Shown one piece after another: positions 40,325 through 52,117 of a stretch of DNA of 64,000 bases. The stretch lies in contig OX597816.1 of the NCBI GenBank assembly GCA_951406725.2, positions 61,876,001-61,940,000 on the forward strand, in the 5' to 3' direction. This stretch comes from Octopus vulgaris. Its lineage: Eukaryota. How positions within the stretch are numbered: the stretch's first letter is position 1; every line of letters begins with the position of its first letter. The position numbers and the translations under genes are program-made. The notes under the pieces were generated by a model that ran no database searches, had not been told where the DNA came from, and was given only the letters and a program-made list of their open reading frames with translations.

Positions 40325-40355
<31 letters not shown>

Positions 40356-40360
40356 AAAAT

Positions 40361-40458
40361 GAGGAGCACTCCGTCGGTTACGACGACGAGGGTCCCAGCT
40401 TGCTCGTGAAATTAACGTGCAAGTGGCTGAGCACTCCACAGACACGTGTACCCTTAAC
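40361..40458. mobile_element. GC-rich interspersed-repeat (SINE 3') fragment
   Basis: CpG-rich island between microsatellites; recalled as an octopus repeat, single copy in this window. Confidence 0.35.
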
Positions 40459-41079
40459 GACGAGTTTCTTCGAATTTCGTACTGATACATGCATGCATAA
40501 ATACATACATGCATACGTACATACATATACACATAGATACACACACACATTCACACACTCAGTATATATGTATGAAGAGAGAGAGAGAGAGAGGTAGAGT
40601 GTATAACCAAGAAATATGCAGAAATTATATTAACTGTCTGTGTATTCTCTGGTTATACAGTATAGGCCAAGACACGTGGCACCTCTTGAACCCCTTCGAT
40701 GCCATCACTGTTTCAAAATGTGAAAGTCTGGGATAGGAGTGATAGGTAAAGTGTGAGACAGAAGATGAAAATATTGCTTGAAGGAAGAGGTAATTGCAGG
40801 TTTAATTGTCACAAAATGGCAAGTACTCTGAAAGTGCGGGAGATTATGAGAGTGATCAAATAGAGGCATCAGTATCGAATATTTGGTGAATCATAACTGA
40901 AGAATTTGAGGAATGAGGGAAGAGGACGATTAACTTGACAGATGAAGAGAGTAGGAAAGTGTTTAAGCTCAGAGCACTAACTCACAGTAGATATCTGGTA
41001 TTACATTGCATCGCTCATCTCAATTATAAGCGATATCTAATTATTATATTGTCATATATGTATATATGTATGTATATAC

Positions 41080-41496
41080 TAGTTTCAGTCATTTGGTTGT
41101 GGCCATGCTGGAGTACCATCTTAAAGGTTTTTGTTTTAGTCAAAGAAATCGACCTCAGGACTTATTCTTTGTAAGTTTAGTACTTATTCTTTCGGTCTCT
41201 TTGGCCGAACCGCAAAGTCACGGGGACGTAAACACACCAGCATCGGCTATAAAGCGATGGCGGTGGGGACAAACACAGACACAAAGACACACTCAAGCAA
41301 ATACACACACACACACACACAGATATATATATATATGACGGGATTCTTTTAGTTTCCGTTTAGAAATCCAATCACAAAGCTTTGGCCTGTCTGAGACTAT
41401 AGTACAAGACACTTGACCAATGTGCCACGCAGTGGGACTAAACAGGGAAACATGTGGCTGGGAAGCAAACTTTTTATCTCAGTCACACTTGCACCT
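41080..41496 (-). mobile_element. SINE family A, diverged
   Basis: Reverse complement of family A. Confidence 0.88.
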
Positions 41497-41816
41497 ATAT
41501 ACATACATATATATATATATGTATGTGTGTGTGTGTGTATGTGTGCGCGCGTGCGATCTGTGGATACAAGTGAAGGAAAATGAGAAGCTTCAAACAGTGA
41601 GTTATAGGTGCAGGGAGCAAAAAGTGGACGGTATACGATAAGAAACAATAACAATTCTGAGCGACAATGTAGCTTTCATTTATTTGAGGTAATTTCAACC
41701 CGATGTTTAGTTACATTGAGGATAGCTCGTTGCACAACTATTGCATTACGGGTTTCAGCTAGCCAGGAAACATATGTAGTTTGCATTATACCTGTCCCGC
41801 TCCCTCAATTTGGATA

Positions 41817-42025
41817 TACTCTTTACTCTTTTACTTGTTTGAGTCATTTGACTTCGGCCATGCTGGAGCACCGCCTTTAGTCGAGCAAATCGACCCCGGG
41901 ACTTATTCGTTGTAAGCCCTGTACTTATTCTATCGGTCTCTTTTGCCAAACCGCTAGGTGACGAGGACGTAAGCACACCAGCATCGGTTGTCAAGCAATG
42001 CTAGGGGAACAAACACGGACACACA

Positions 42026-42094
<69 letters not shown>

Positions 42095-42260
42095 GTATAT
42101 ATATACGACAGGCTTCTTTCAGTTTCCGTCTACCAAATCCACTCACAAGGCATTGGTCGGCCCGGGGCTATAGCAGAAGACACTTGCCCAAGATACCACG
42201 CAGTGGGACTGAACCCGGAACCATGTGGTTGGTTAGCAAGCTACTTACCACACAGCCACC
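41817..42260 (-). mobile_element. SINE family A
   Basis: Reverse complement of family A; 5' end abuts the fold-back element. Confidence 0.93.
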
Positions 42261-42710
42261 AAGTAGTTCGGTATGTTAAAAGAACCATTATCGGTAAACT
42301 TATACAAAAAAATTTATAATTATGAGTATAATTATAATTAGGGTTCAGCAAAAATTTGCTTCTCCACGTACCGAAATTTAGAAATAGCAGTTAAAAAACT
42401 ACTATTTCACTACCATAAGAAAATCTCCCAGACAGCAATACCCAACAACTCACGCAGGTAAAGAGAAAAAAATAACGAATCCACCCGGCTTTGATGAGTG
42501 GAGAAGCAAATTTTTGCTGAACTCACGCAGGTAAAGAGAGAAAAATAACGAATCCACCCGGCTTTGATGAGCTGTTGGGTATTGCTGTGTGGGAGATTTT
42601 TTATGGTAGTGAAATAGTTGTTTTTTAACTGCTATTTCTAAATTTCGGTATGTGGAGAAGCAAACTTTTGCTGAACACTAGTTATAATTATACTCATAAT
42701 TATAGAATTT
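42261..42710. repeat. Fold-back element: ~138-bp inverted arms enclosing two ~51-bp direct repeats
   Basis: Arms 42315-42452 / 42568-42704; direct repeats 42448-42498 and 42521-42571; ends in (TA)n. Confidence 0.9.
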
Positions 42711-42809
42711 ATATATATATATATATATACACACACATGCATATATGCATGTATGTATGAGTGTTTAAGTTTATGTGCCTATATCTATCTACATACACAA
42801 ATACACCTT

Positions 42810-43230
42810 TTCGTACAATATTTGATGGTCTTGGACGCATCGCCATTAATGTTATTAGTGATTATCAGTGGTTTCCTCTCTTTTACAGAATCACACACCC
42901 ATTTTGTATATTATCTCGAGGGCCTATCAAGTTTCTTCCTGCTTGAATATATTTGATGTACAGTTTGGGGTGTTAATATTGATTAGCTGATTTTCATGTA
43001 TGATAATTAAAAATAATATAACGATGTTGTGCCGGAAATTGTTTATGTAGAAGGGGCAGGAATTTCCTAAGTATATTGATTTCAACGTTGAAGAGTAAAA
43101 AGTCTTGGACTGTTTTTGCAGTAATTTGCTTTGGGTGAGCTATATAGTTGGGAGTTGGTTTGTAAAAATGTCCTTAAAGAATATTGGGTGGAGATACTAT
43201 TGGAAATGAGTTTTCGGAAAATTCAGCATG
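42810..43230 (-). mobile_element. Highly degenerate Penelope-like RT-EN linker fragment
   Basis: KFLPLLHKQFP..H / KIS..TPN..RKKL resembles the PLE linker (FLxLIDKHFP, IKISYSxxPN); many lesions. Confidence 0.35.
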
Positions 43231-43680
43231 ACTAATCAACTGTAAATATAAGGCTGACTATTTTGTGAAACAGAATGTATGCAGTTTTTATAAAACCGAA
43301 ACTTGATAAAAACAAAATGCCAAACAATACTTAGAAGGAGTAAAACAAAAGAAAAAGAACAGCTAATAAAAAGATTGAAACGTAAACACGTGTCCAACAA
43401 ACGATAAGGATGAGAAATATAAGCCAATCAGATATATAGAAGGCGAAGCAAGTTCAATAAAAAGACTTAAACAAAAGAACCAGTCCATTGCGATCGATGT
43501 AAAAGAAATAAATTACACGGACTTATTACCCCAAGTGGCATGGAAATCAAATTTCAGTAAAGAAATCCATTTGAAATAAAAGAATATTCTCCTTAAGATG
43601 TGTTGAGTATTCTCTGCCAAATGTGTTAGAAAAAGATCACCACTTAGATATATCATTAAGTGTGAGTGTAGGCGCACACA

Positions 43681-43753
<73 letters not shown>

Positions 43754-44494
43754 ACACACACACGCTCACACATACACATCGCATCACATTATAATGATTA
43801 TGGTTCAATCCCACATCACGTAACTTTGCTTAAGCTCCGTTTATTGTACCCCCAGTTCGTCTATAGCTGTGTGAATTAAATTTAATAGACCAAACTGTCT
43901 TCAAAAGCAAGTTATGATAGGATAAAATAAATAACGTCTAAGTTTCCTTTGAAGCATATCTATACAGTCAATCTCTTTAGAGAAATTAATTTCACCAAAG
44001 CATAAAGATCACAAATCTATAGAAATCATGGCTTTCCCCAAGAGAGCTTTAAAACGTTAAACAGAACCTGTGTGTGAATATAATTGTGAGTTATGTCAAG
44101 GTTTGAACGAAATTAGTTTCTCTGTAAAATTCACTTCTTGTCAATAATCTGTTTCTTCTGTGCATACACACATGCGTACACATACATACATACATACATA
44201 CATACATACATACAACCTAAACCATCGCAAGAACTGTAAAACTTTCCAGACGTTTACCATTTAAATATATTTGCGTATGTCTAGACATACAAATATATGC
44301 CTCAAAATACATACATAAAACAAAACATACAAATCTGCTCATGCACGGACGACTTAAATTCCGCACACATGCATACATACATGCAAAAAATACCCTTTGA
44401 TAATAAAATTCCAATTAAGAATCCTTCGACCTACGTTGGAAGTCGGCTCTTTCTCTGTTGGCAAGAAATGTTGAAATAAAACTGAATAATGACA

Positions 44495-44700
44495 TTAGGG
44501 GTGACATGTGAAACTATTAATCCATAGCTATTTCCCCCCTCTTCATGTTTTCTCTCTCTCTGTTTTCTTTCCTCATTTATTTTCTGTTGAAGAGCGTAGG
44601 CTCGAAATGTTAAAACTTTTCCACGTTCCTGAGTGTCAAACAAATACATCTTGTTTGTTGATCTATCACCTGTCTCAGTCTTTTGCGTTTTGTATATGTG
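44495..44700 (+). mobile_element. Penelope-like terminal-repeat remnant with a variant hammerhead-like motif
   Basis: TTT CTGTTGA A GAGC GTAG GCTC GAAA TGT TA AAA at 44581-44614. Confidence 0.55.
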
Positions 44701-44737
44701 TACCATATACATACATACATACATATATATATTAGCT

Positions 44738-44855
44738 TGAACTATGTAATAAACTGAACTATGTAATAAACTGAACTATGTAATAAACTGCATTGTAAAC
44801 ATGAACTATGTAATAAACTGCATTGTAAACTATGTAATAAACTGCATTGTAAACA
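44738..44855. repeat. Minisatellite of TGAACTATGTAATAAAC / TGCATTGTAAAC modules
   Basis: 17-bp unit three times, then composite units. Confidence 0.92.
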
Positions 44856-45964
44856 TTTCAGTCATCTGAAGTTATCTAATCATTCAGTAATAAATGTACG
44901 TTCTGCGTCATTCAGTTCATCATGCATTTTTTGCTCTTGTTTGTGCAAACCTGGGCAATTTTTTGTGGTGGGTCGATCAGTTGTCCGTGTATGCAAATCT
45001 TTTCTTTACACACTACCAATATCGAGTCAAAATTGAGCGCATTGATACAGGCTGACCCACCTCATCACCACTGTCGTTGTAGCCACTGCTCTCAGAGGGC
45101 AGTGAGCCAGTACAGACAGCGCAAGACATTCTGGCCAACTCTGTAACAACTCATTTGTTATTCGTTTAGCGACCTCGAATCGCCGGTAAATAATTCCTCG
45201 TTCGGTAACAGATGTGGGTAGTGAGAGGGAGAACATCCGACCGTAGAATACTGTCTAAAAGTATTACGTTTGAGCCATGCAAGCATAGAAATGCGGCGTT
45301 TAAACGATGATTGTGATGATGATGATGATGATGATGATGATAATGATGACAATCATATTTCCGTATGTGTTGGTGCATGTATGTTTGTGTGTGACTGTAT
45401 GCGTATTCTTTCATCTCTCCCCACACATAAAATCTATCTGTTTCTCTATGAATTTGCATTCGTGATCGCTTTTTCTTTTGCTGTTTTTGAATGTAATCCC
45501 ATTCTGAATTCCCGAAAGATTAAATGGAAATACAAAACATTTTGATTAATTAAATAGTTAATGAGCATTTAGATTACAATTTAACTAGTGTGATTTCAAA
45601 TACGATTACACATGTGTAACATTTATAATATTTATAGACATGCAAAATGAAGATTAATACTGTTTGGAAATACTGTTCGTCTGCAGTCGTCGTTCAGCTA
45701 ATGTACATTTATTGCTCGCATATATTTATGGAAATGCAAATAAATGGAAATAAATATTTGGCTTCAGGGTTTTTCCTTTCGTTTAATACATACATGTTTC
45801 ACATATCGTAAATCTGAAGTCGTATGAAATGTTTACTGAGATAGGAAAAGCGTACATATTCCTTATAATTTTGATTATCTATACCATGCATGTCTACGTT
45901 ATTGATTGACAAGTACATGAGGTAGTTCTATGAGGTTATGCTATCTGCCAGAAATAGTTGGGAA

Positions 45965-46345
45965 AAGGCCAAAATTTTAGGGGAGGGGGCCAGTCAATTA
46001 GATCGACCCCAACACACAACTGGTACTTAATTTTTCAACACACCGAAAGGATGGAAGGCAAAGACAACCTTGGCGGAATTTGAACTCAGAACGTAAAGAC
46101 AGACGAAATACCTATTTCTTTACTATCCACAAGGGGCTAAACACAGAGAGGACAAACAAGGACAGACAAATGGAATAAGTCGATTATATCGACCCCAGTG
46201 CGTAACTGGTACTTAATTTATCGACCCCGAAAGGATGAAAGGCAAAGTCGACCTCGGTGGAATTTGAACTTAGAACGCAACGGCAGATGAAATACCACTA
46301 AGCATTTCGCCCCGCGCGCTAACGTCTCTTCCAGCTCGCCGCCTC
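45965..46345 (-). mobile_element. SINE family D, dimeric form
   Basis: Two tandem copies of the GAAAGGATGAAAGGCAAAG..GGAATTTGAACT domain joined at CGAAATACC. Confidence 0.88.
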
Positions 46346-47164
46346 TAAGCACACGTTAATGTTGTTTTAAAAAACATGCATATTGGATTATGGAATCTAG
46401 GGTACACAATTCCTAAATTTTAAGTGGCGAGAGCAGGGTTAATCGATTGAATTGAACCTAAGAATTAACAGGGATTTTATTTTGTAGCCATCGAATAGGA
46501 TGAAATGTACTACTGATCTTTGTGAGATTTGAACGCAGAGCAAAAAAAGCTGGAAGGAATACTTCCAAATCATATTTTCCGAAGCTCTAACGCTTTCATC
46601 AATCCGTTACCCTAGGGCGAATTTGATGCAGACATTTTAAATTATTCGTGTTGAATAGTAAAGAAAAGGGAATAGGCGTCAAGTTTCTGTCAATTTATCC
46701 TTCAGCGCCGTAATTCAAAAAGCTCAAGGCTAAACACTTGCAAATGAGGACGTTTACGCCTATGAGAGTCGTTGATTCATGGTCTGCTTCATGGTAGCTA
46801 TATCAAAATAAGAAATTCAAATGAACTTAGATCTATGTTAAAACCAAAGAGAGAAAAATGGAAGTTTTTGCAGAGAATGTTCCGTATACAGAAATCCTGT
46901 AAGTGTGTCGTTGATCTAGAATATTCTGCAATTAAAATATTCTCACACAACAATTTTTCTTATATTATACCATGTTAATATAAGAACAAACAACAACCAC
47001 ATTGAAACGGCGTCATAGATATACAATAGTTAATGAGTTGAAAAATGCTGTGGATCAAAATTTTCTGCTGTTTTCTTATGGAAATTTCAAATATGGTGTC
47101 AATTACATCTTTGGAATGGTGGAAGTTTAAATTTGGTGAACATAGGCACAGAAGTTTCATCCCA

Positions 47165-47292
47165 TGTGTGATAAGTAGCTTGCTTACGAACCACATGGTT
47201 CCAGGTTCAGTTTCACTGCGTGGCACCTTGAGCACGTGTCTTGTGAGTGGATTTGGTAGACGGAAACTGAAAGAAACCCGTCGTATATATGC

Positions 47293-47330
<38 letters not shown>

Positions 47331-47545
47331 GCGTGTGTGTGTGTGTGAGTGTGTGTGTATGTTTGTGTGTTTGTCCCCCCAACATCGCTTGACAACCGAT
47401 GCTGGTATGTTTATATCCCCGTCACTTAGCGGTTCGGCAAGGGAGACCAATAGAATAAGTACTAGGCTTACAAAGTCCTGGGATCGATTTCCTCGACTAA
47501 AGGCAGTGCTCCAGCATGGCCGCAGTCAAATGACTGAAACAAATA
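47165..47545 (+). mobile_element. SINE family A (small internal deletion), followed by an older copy at ~47559-47940
   Basis: Homology to family A. Confidence 0.88.
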
Positions 47546-48834
47546 AGAATACAAAAATAGGCGCAAAAATTGGCTGTGTGGTTAGGAAGCTTCTTTTGCA
47601 GCCACGTGATTTCGGTTTCTGTCTCATTGCAAGACCTCTTGGACAAGTGGTGTCTCCTTCTATCGCATCGGACCGTAAGTGAATTTTGATTTGTGGAAAC
47701 TGTGCAGAAGCCCATATATGTATATATGTGTGTGTGTACACCCCCACTATCGCTTGACAACTTGTGTTCGATACTTTGCGTATGCAGTGAAGTAGCGATT
47801 CGGCAAAAGGAGAAGATAAGTAATAGGCTTTTAAAAAAATACATAAGCCTTGGGACTTATCAGAAGAAAACCCCTCAAGGCGGCGCGCCTGCATACGTGT
47901 CTGCACTCCTATGACTGGCATATGTAAAAGATAACAAACAAAAATATAATTTAGGAAAAACACTGAAGCCATATTTCAATATGTGGCAAAAAAGGTTCAA
48001 TAAAACCGGAACATGTTGGAATTTGACAGCCTATATGGCAGAAATCGAACCCACGGTCCGTTGTGTGGTCTATTCCAATTTTTAATTATTCTTGATTTGT
48101 CTAAGTACCAGAATAGTAACACCTTTATTTTCATGAGTAGAATTAACCATTACGCTATTGAACTTTTCTACTGACTATGAATGTTATCTAAATCAATTAA
48201 ACATTTTTTTGCCCACTACTTTAAATATATTGCCACCTACTCATTTAAAATACTGATATGATGCTTTAATTAAAACACGTTTAAAATACCATATCACGAC
48301 TATTTGGTATCACACAGTAGAATGGATATGTTATGTAATATATAAATATATATATATATGTATATTTGTATATTTATGTGTGTGTGTATATATAAGATGA
48401 GCAATAAAGATACCTACAGAAATATATTTATTCAAATTTATCTTCGAATGGGTTCACGTCTATTTAGATAATAATTTTATAAGATTGATTGTCACGTTAG
48501 CTTTAATTACATCATTTAAATTCAGCAAGTAAATCAATTTCCTGAAATTGCTAAAAGTCGTAGCTTCCTGATATCTTTCGTAATTCTTCTCCTAAACAAT
48601 CGCCATAAAATCTCGTTTGAATTTTAAATATACAATTATTAAGACCGACTCATTCATTTCTAGCTAGCAATCAAGAAATCAACCAAACTTGGTGGTTTTC
48701 TTTCTATTTCTAACATCCATTCATCCATCCATCTCCACACACACACACACAATCACAGTAGACTCAAGAAATAGATGATGCAATACGACGAATTAATATG
48801 CGTCTTGCAAGTTTCCTGTTATTGCCCACGCAAA

Positions 48835-49100
48835 CACATGGCCTAGTGGTTAGAGCAGCGGACTCGCGGTCGAGGGATCGCGGGTTCGAATCTCAGACCC
48901 GGCGATGTGTGTGTTTATGAGCGAAACACCTAAGCTCCACGCGGCTCCTCCGGCAGAAGGTAATGACGAACTTCTGCTGACTCTTTCGGCATAACTTTCT
49001 CTCGCCCTTTCCTCCTGCATATTGCAGCTCACCTGCGACGGACTGGCGTCCCGTCCAGGTGGGGAACCTATGAGCCAGGCATGGCCCGAGAAGGAAAGAA
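48835..49100 (+). mobile_element. SINE family B
   Basis: Near-identical to 13104-13405. Confidence 0.92.
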
Positions 49101-49338
49101 CGCAAATACACAAGCATATTTACATGCATATCACATACACACACACACATACACACACACACACACAAACTTGCGCGCACAACATTTACATATACACGCA
49201 CACAAAGAATCACACCGAAACACACACTTGAGAAAAATAACAACTGTGTTGCGTTACGAGTGGTATTATAAAAAGTATTACAGTGGTGAAGCAAGGAAAT
49301 TTACAGAAAAAAACGAAAACGCGGCGTAGACGGAAGAG

Positions 49339-49441
49339 CACAAGTCTGATCTCTTCGTCAGTTTCCAATTAGAAATGGTTGTCAAAGTAGCATAATTGTA
49401 ATTAATTCCAATTGTCCACTGATGAAGAGATCAGACTTGTG
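49339..49441. repeat. 24-bp inverted repeat carrying the 5' half of a hammerhead core
   Basis: CACAAGTCTGATCTCTTCGTCAGT (49339-49362) / ACTGATGAAGAGATCAGACTTGTG (49418-49441), one mismatch. Confidence 0.85.
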
Positions 49442-49853
49442 TTTGTACTACTGTGATGTCATTTCCTTTTTCACGTAATCTTTTGTTATCCGGTTGTACT
49501 ACGTTTCACCATCCATACATACATATGCATATACTTATATATATATACATATATAAATATAAATATGTATATATATATATAAATATGTATATATATATAT
49601 ATAAATATGTATATGTATATATATATATATAAATATGTATATATATATATATATAAATATGTATATATATATATATATATAAATATGTATATATATATAT
49701 ATATATAATATGTATATGTATATATATATATATATAAATATGTATATGTATATATATATATATATAAATATGTATATGTATATATATATATATATACACA
49801 CACACATATATCCCCAACAAAGATGTCCTCAAGCAAGCAGGAATATATATGAA

Positions 49854-49885
<32 letters not shown>

Positions 49886-49947
49886 CATATATATATACAT
49901 ATATATATATATACACATGTGTGCGTGTGTCTATATATATATATATG

Positions 49948-51976
49948 GGATGTATGCCGGTTTGAAGAAGGCCCTTGGTCCATCCGCAACCAAGTCAGCC
50001 CCTCTGAAATCAACTACTGGAGTTCTCATCAAGGACCAAAGCAAGCAAATGGATAGATGGGTGGAGTACTACCAGGATCTATACTCACGGGAGACCACAG
50101 TAGCTGAGGCTGCAATCGAGAGTGCCAAGATCTTGCCAGTCATGTGCGAACTTGACTGTCCGCCATCTATAGCAGAGCTCACCAAGGCTATTGACTCCCT
50201 AGCAAGTAACAAGGCTCCGGGAAAAGACGGCTTCCCCTCAGAGATCATCAAAGCCGGCAAAAACACCATCCTGCTTCGACACCTTCATGAGCTTCTATGT
50301 CAGTGCTGGGAAGAAGGTACAGTCCCTCAAGATATACGAGATGCTAACATCATTACGCTTTACAAAAACAAAGGTGACCGTGGTGATTGTAACAATTACC
50401 GTGGAATATCTCTTCTAAGCACTGTTGGAAAGACCTTTACTCGCGTTATCCTGTCCAGGCTACAACTTTTTGCTTATCGAATTTATCCGGAATCGTAGTG
50501 TGGCTTTAGAAGAAGCAGATCAACTATTGACATGATATTCTCCATACGCCAACTTCAGGAGAAGTCCAGAGAGCAGAAAATGCCATTATATATGGCCTTC
50601 ATTGATCTGACAAAGGCCTTTGACTTGGTAAGCAGAAAAGGCCTCTTCATCCTGCTCCAAAACATCGAATGTCCACCGAAGCTGCTGAGGATCATCAAGT
50701 CTTTCCATGATGATATGCAAGGCACCATACAACACAATGGCTCAACATCAGTCGCCTTCCAAATAAAAAAACGGGGTAAAGCAAGGTTGTGTCCTTGCTC
50801 CTACATTATTTGGCGTCTTCTTCTCGCTGCTGCTCTCACATACCTTTCAGACATCAGATGATGGAGTGTTTCTGCACAGTAGAAGTGACGGGAAACTGTT
50901 CAATCTCTCGCGCCTGCGTGCCAAGACCAAAATCAGAAGCGTCCTGATCAAGGAGATGCTATTTACTGATGATGCCGCTCTGGTATCACACACAGAAGAA
51001 GCCCTCCAAAGGCTCATCAACTGTTTTGAGCAAGCATGTAACGACTTTGGCTTAGTTATCAGCCTCAAGAAGACCAACATCATGGGTCAGGCTACATCGG
51101 ACATCTCAAACATACATATTGGAGACCAGAGATTATAGGAGGTGGTGAAGTTTACCTATCTTAGCTCTACCGTCACCTACAACCTATCCCTTGATGCTGA
51201 GCTCAATATACGCATTGGCAAGGCAGCTGCTGTGATGGCCCAACTCTCTAAACGGGAATGGGACAACAATAAGCTGACCAAGACCACAAAAATGAAGATT
51301 TACCAGGCATGTGTACTTAGCACTCGACTGTATGGAAGTGAGACTTGGACGCCATACACACCCCAAGAGCGTCACCTAAATATATTTCACCTGCGCTGCC
51401 CCCGGAAAATCCTTCGCATCAAATGGCAGAATCATGTCCCCAACAAAGATGTCCTCAAGCAAGCAGGAATACCAAGCATGTTTGCACTCCTCACACAAAG
51501 ACGTATGAGATGGCTTGGACATGTTAGCCGTATGGAAGATGGCAGAATCCCCATGGACATACTCAACAGAGAGCTTGCTAGGGGCACTAGGTCTGTGGGA
51601 AGACCGTTCTTGCGATACAAGGATGTTTGCAAAAGGGACATGAATGCCTGCGACATCAATATTACCAACTGGGAAGCAGTTGCCAGCAGCCGTGGAATTG
51701 GCGACGTACCGTAAAAGAGGGAACACAAAGGAGTGACATAGAGAGAGAGGAGAAATAGAAAGACAAGAAAAGACGTCAACAAGAAATTATGACATTACAA
51801 GAAGCCAGGCAAAGTCTTTGCTACCTTTGCGGCACCTGCCAGAGGGAATGTTTGTCCAGGATAGGACTACACAGCCACAGCAGGATATGTATTAGGATTT
51901 GAAATGTAAAAGCCGGACTAGATTATTTTATGCGCAGCTCCATTGTCACCCGAGACAAAATGGATGCCAACAACAA
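49948..51976 (+). mobile_element. 5'-truncated RTE-clade (BovB-like) LINE; RT pseudogene with (CAA)n tail
   Basis: [59 protein letters not shown] (after frameshift), LFTDDAAL, LYGSETW, RWLGHVSRMEDGRIP, C-terminal CGTCQRECLSRIGLHSH; tail GCCAACAACAA. Confidence 0.96.
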
Positions 51977-52084
51977 TATATGAATGTATATATGTGTATA
52001 TATATATATATGAATGTATATATGTGTATATATACATATATATATATGAAAGTATATATGTGTATATATATATATGAATGTATA

Positions 52085-52117
<33 letters not shown>

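Noticed and set aside
44738-44855. Regularly spaced repeats superficially like a CRISPR array
   Set aside because: No unique spacers, no cas genes, eukaryotic context; ordinary minisatellite
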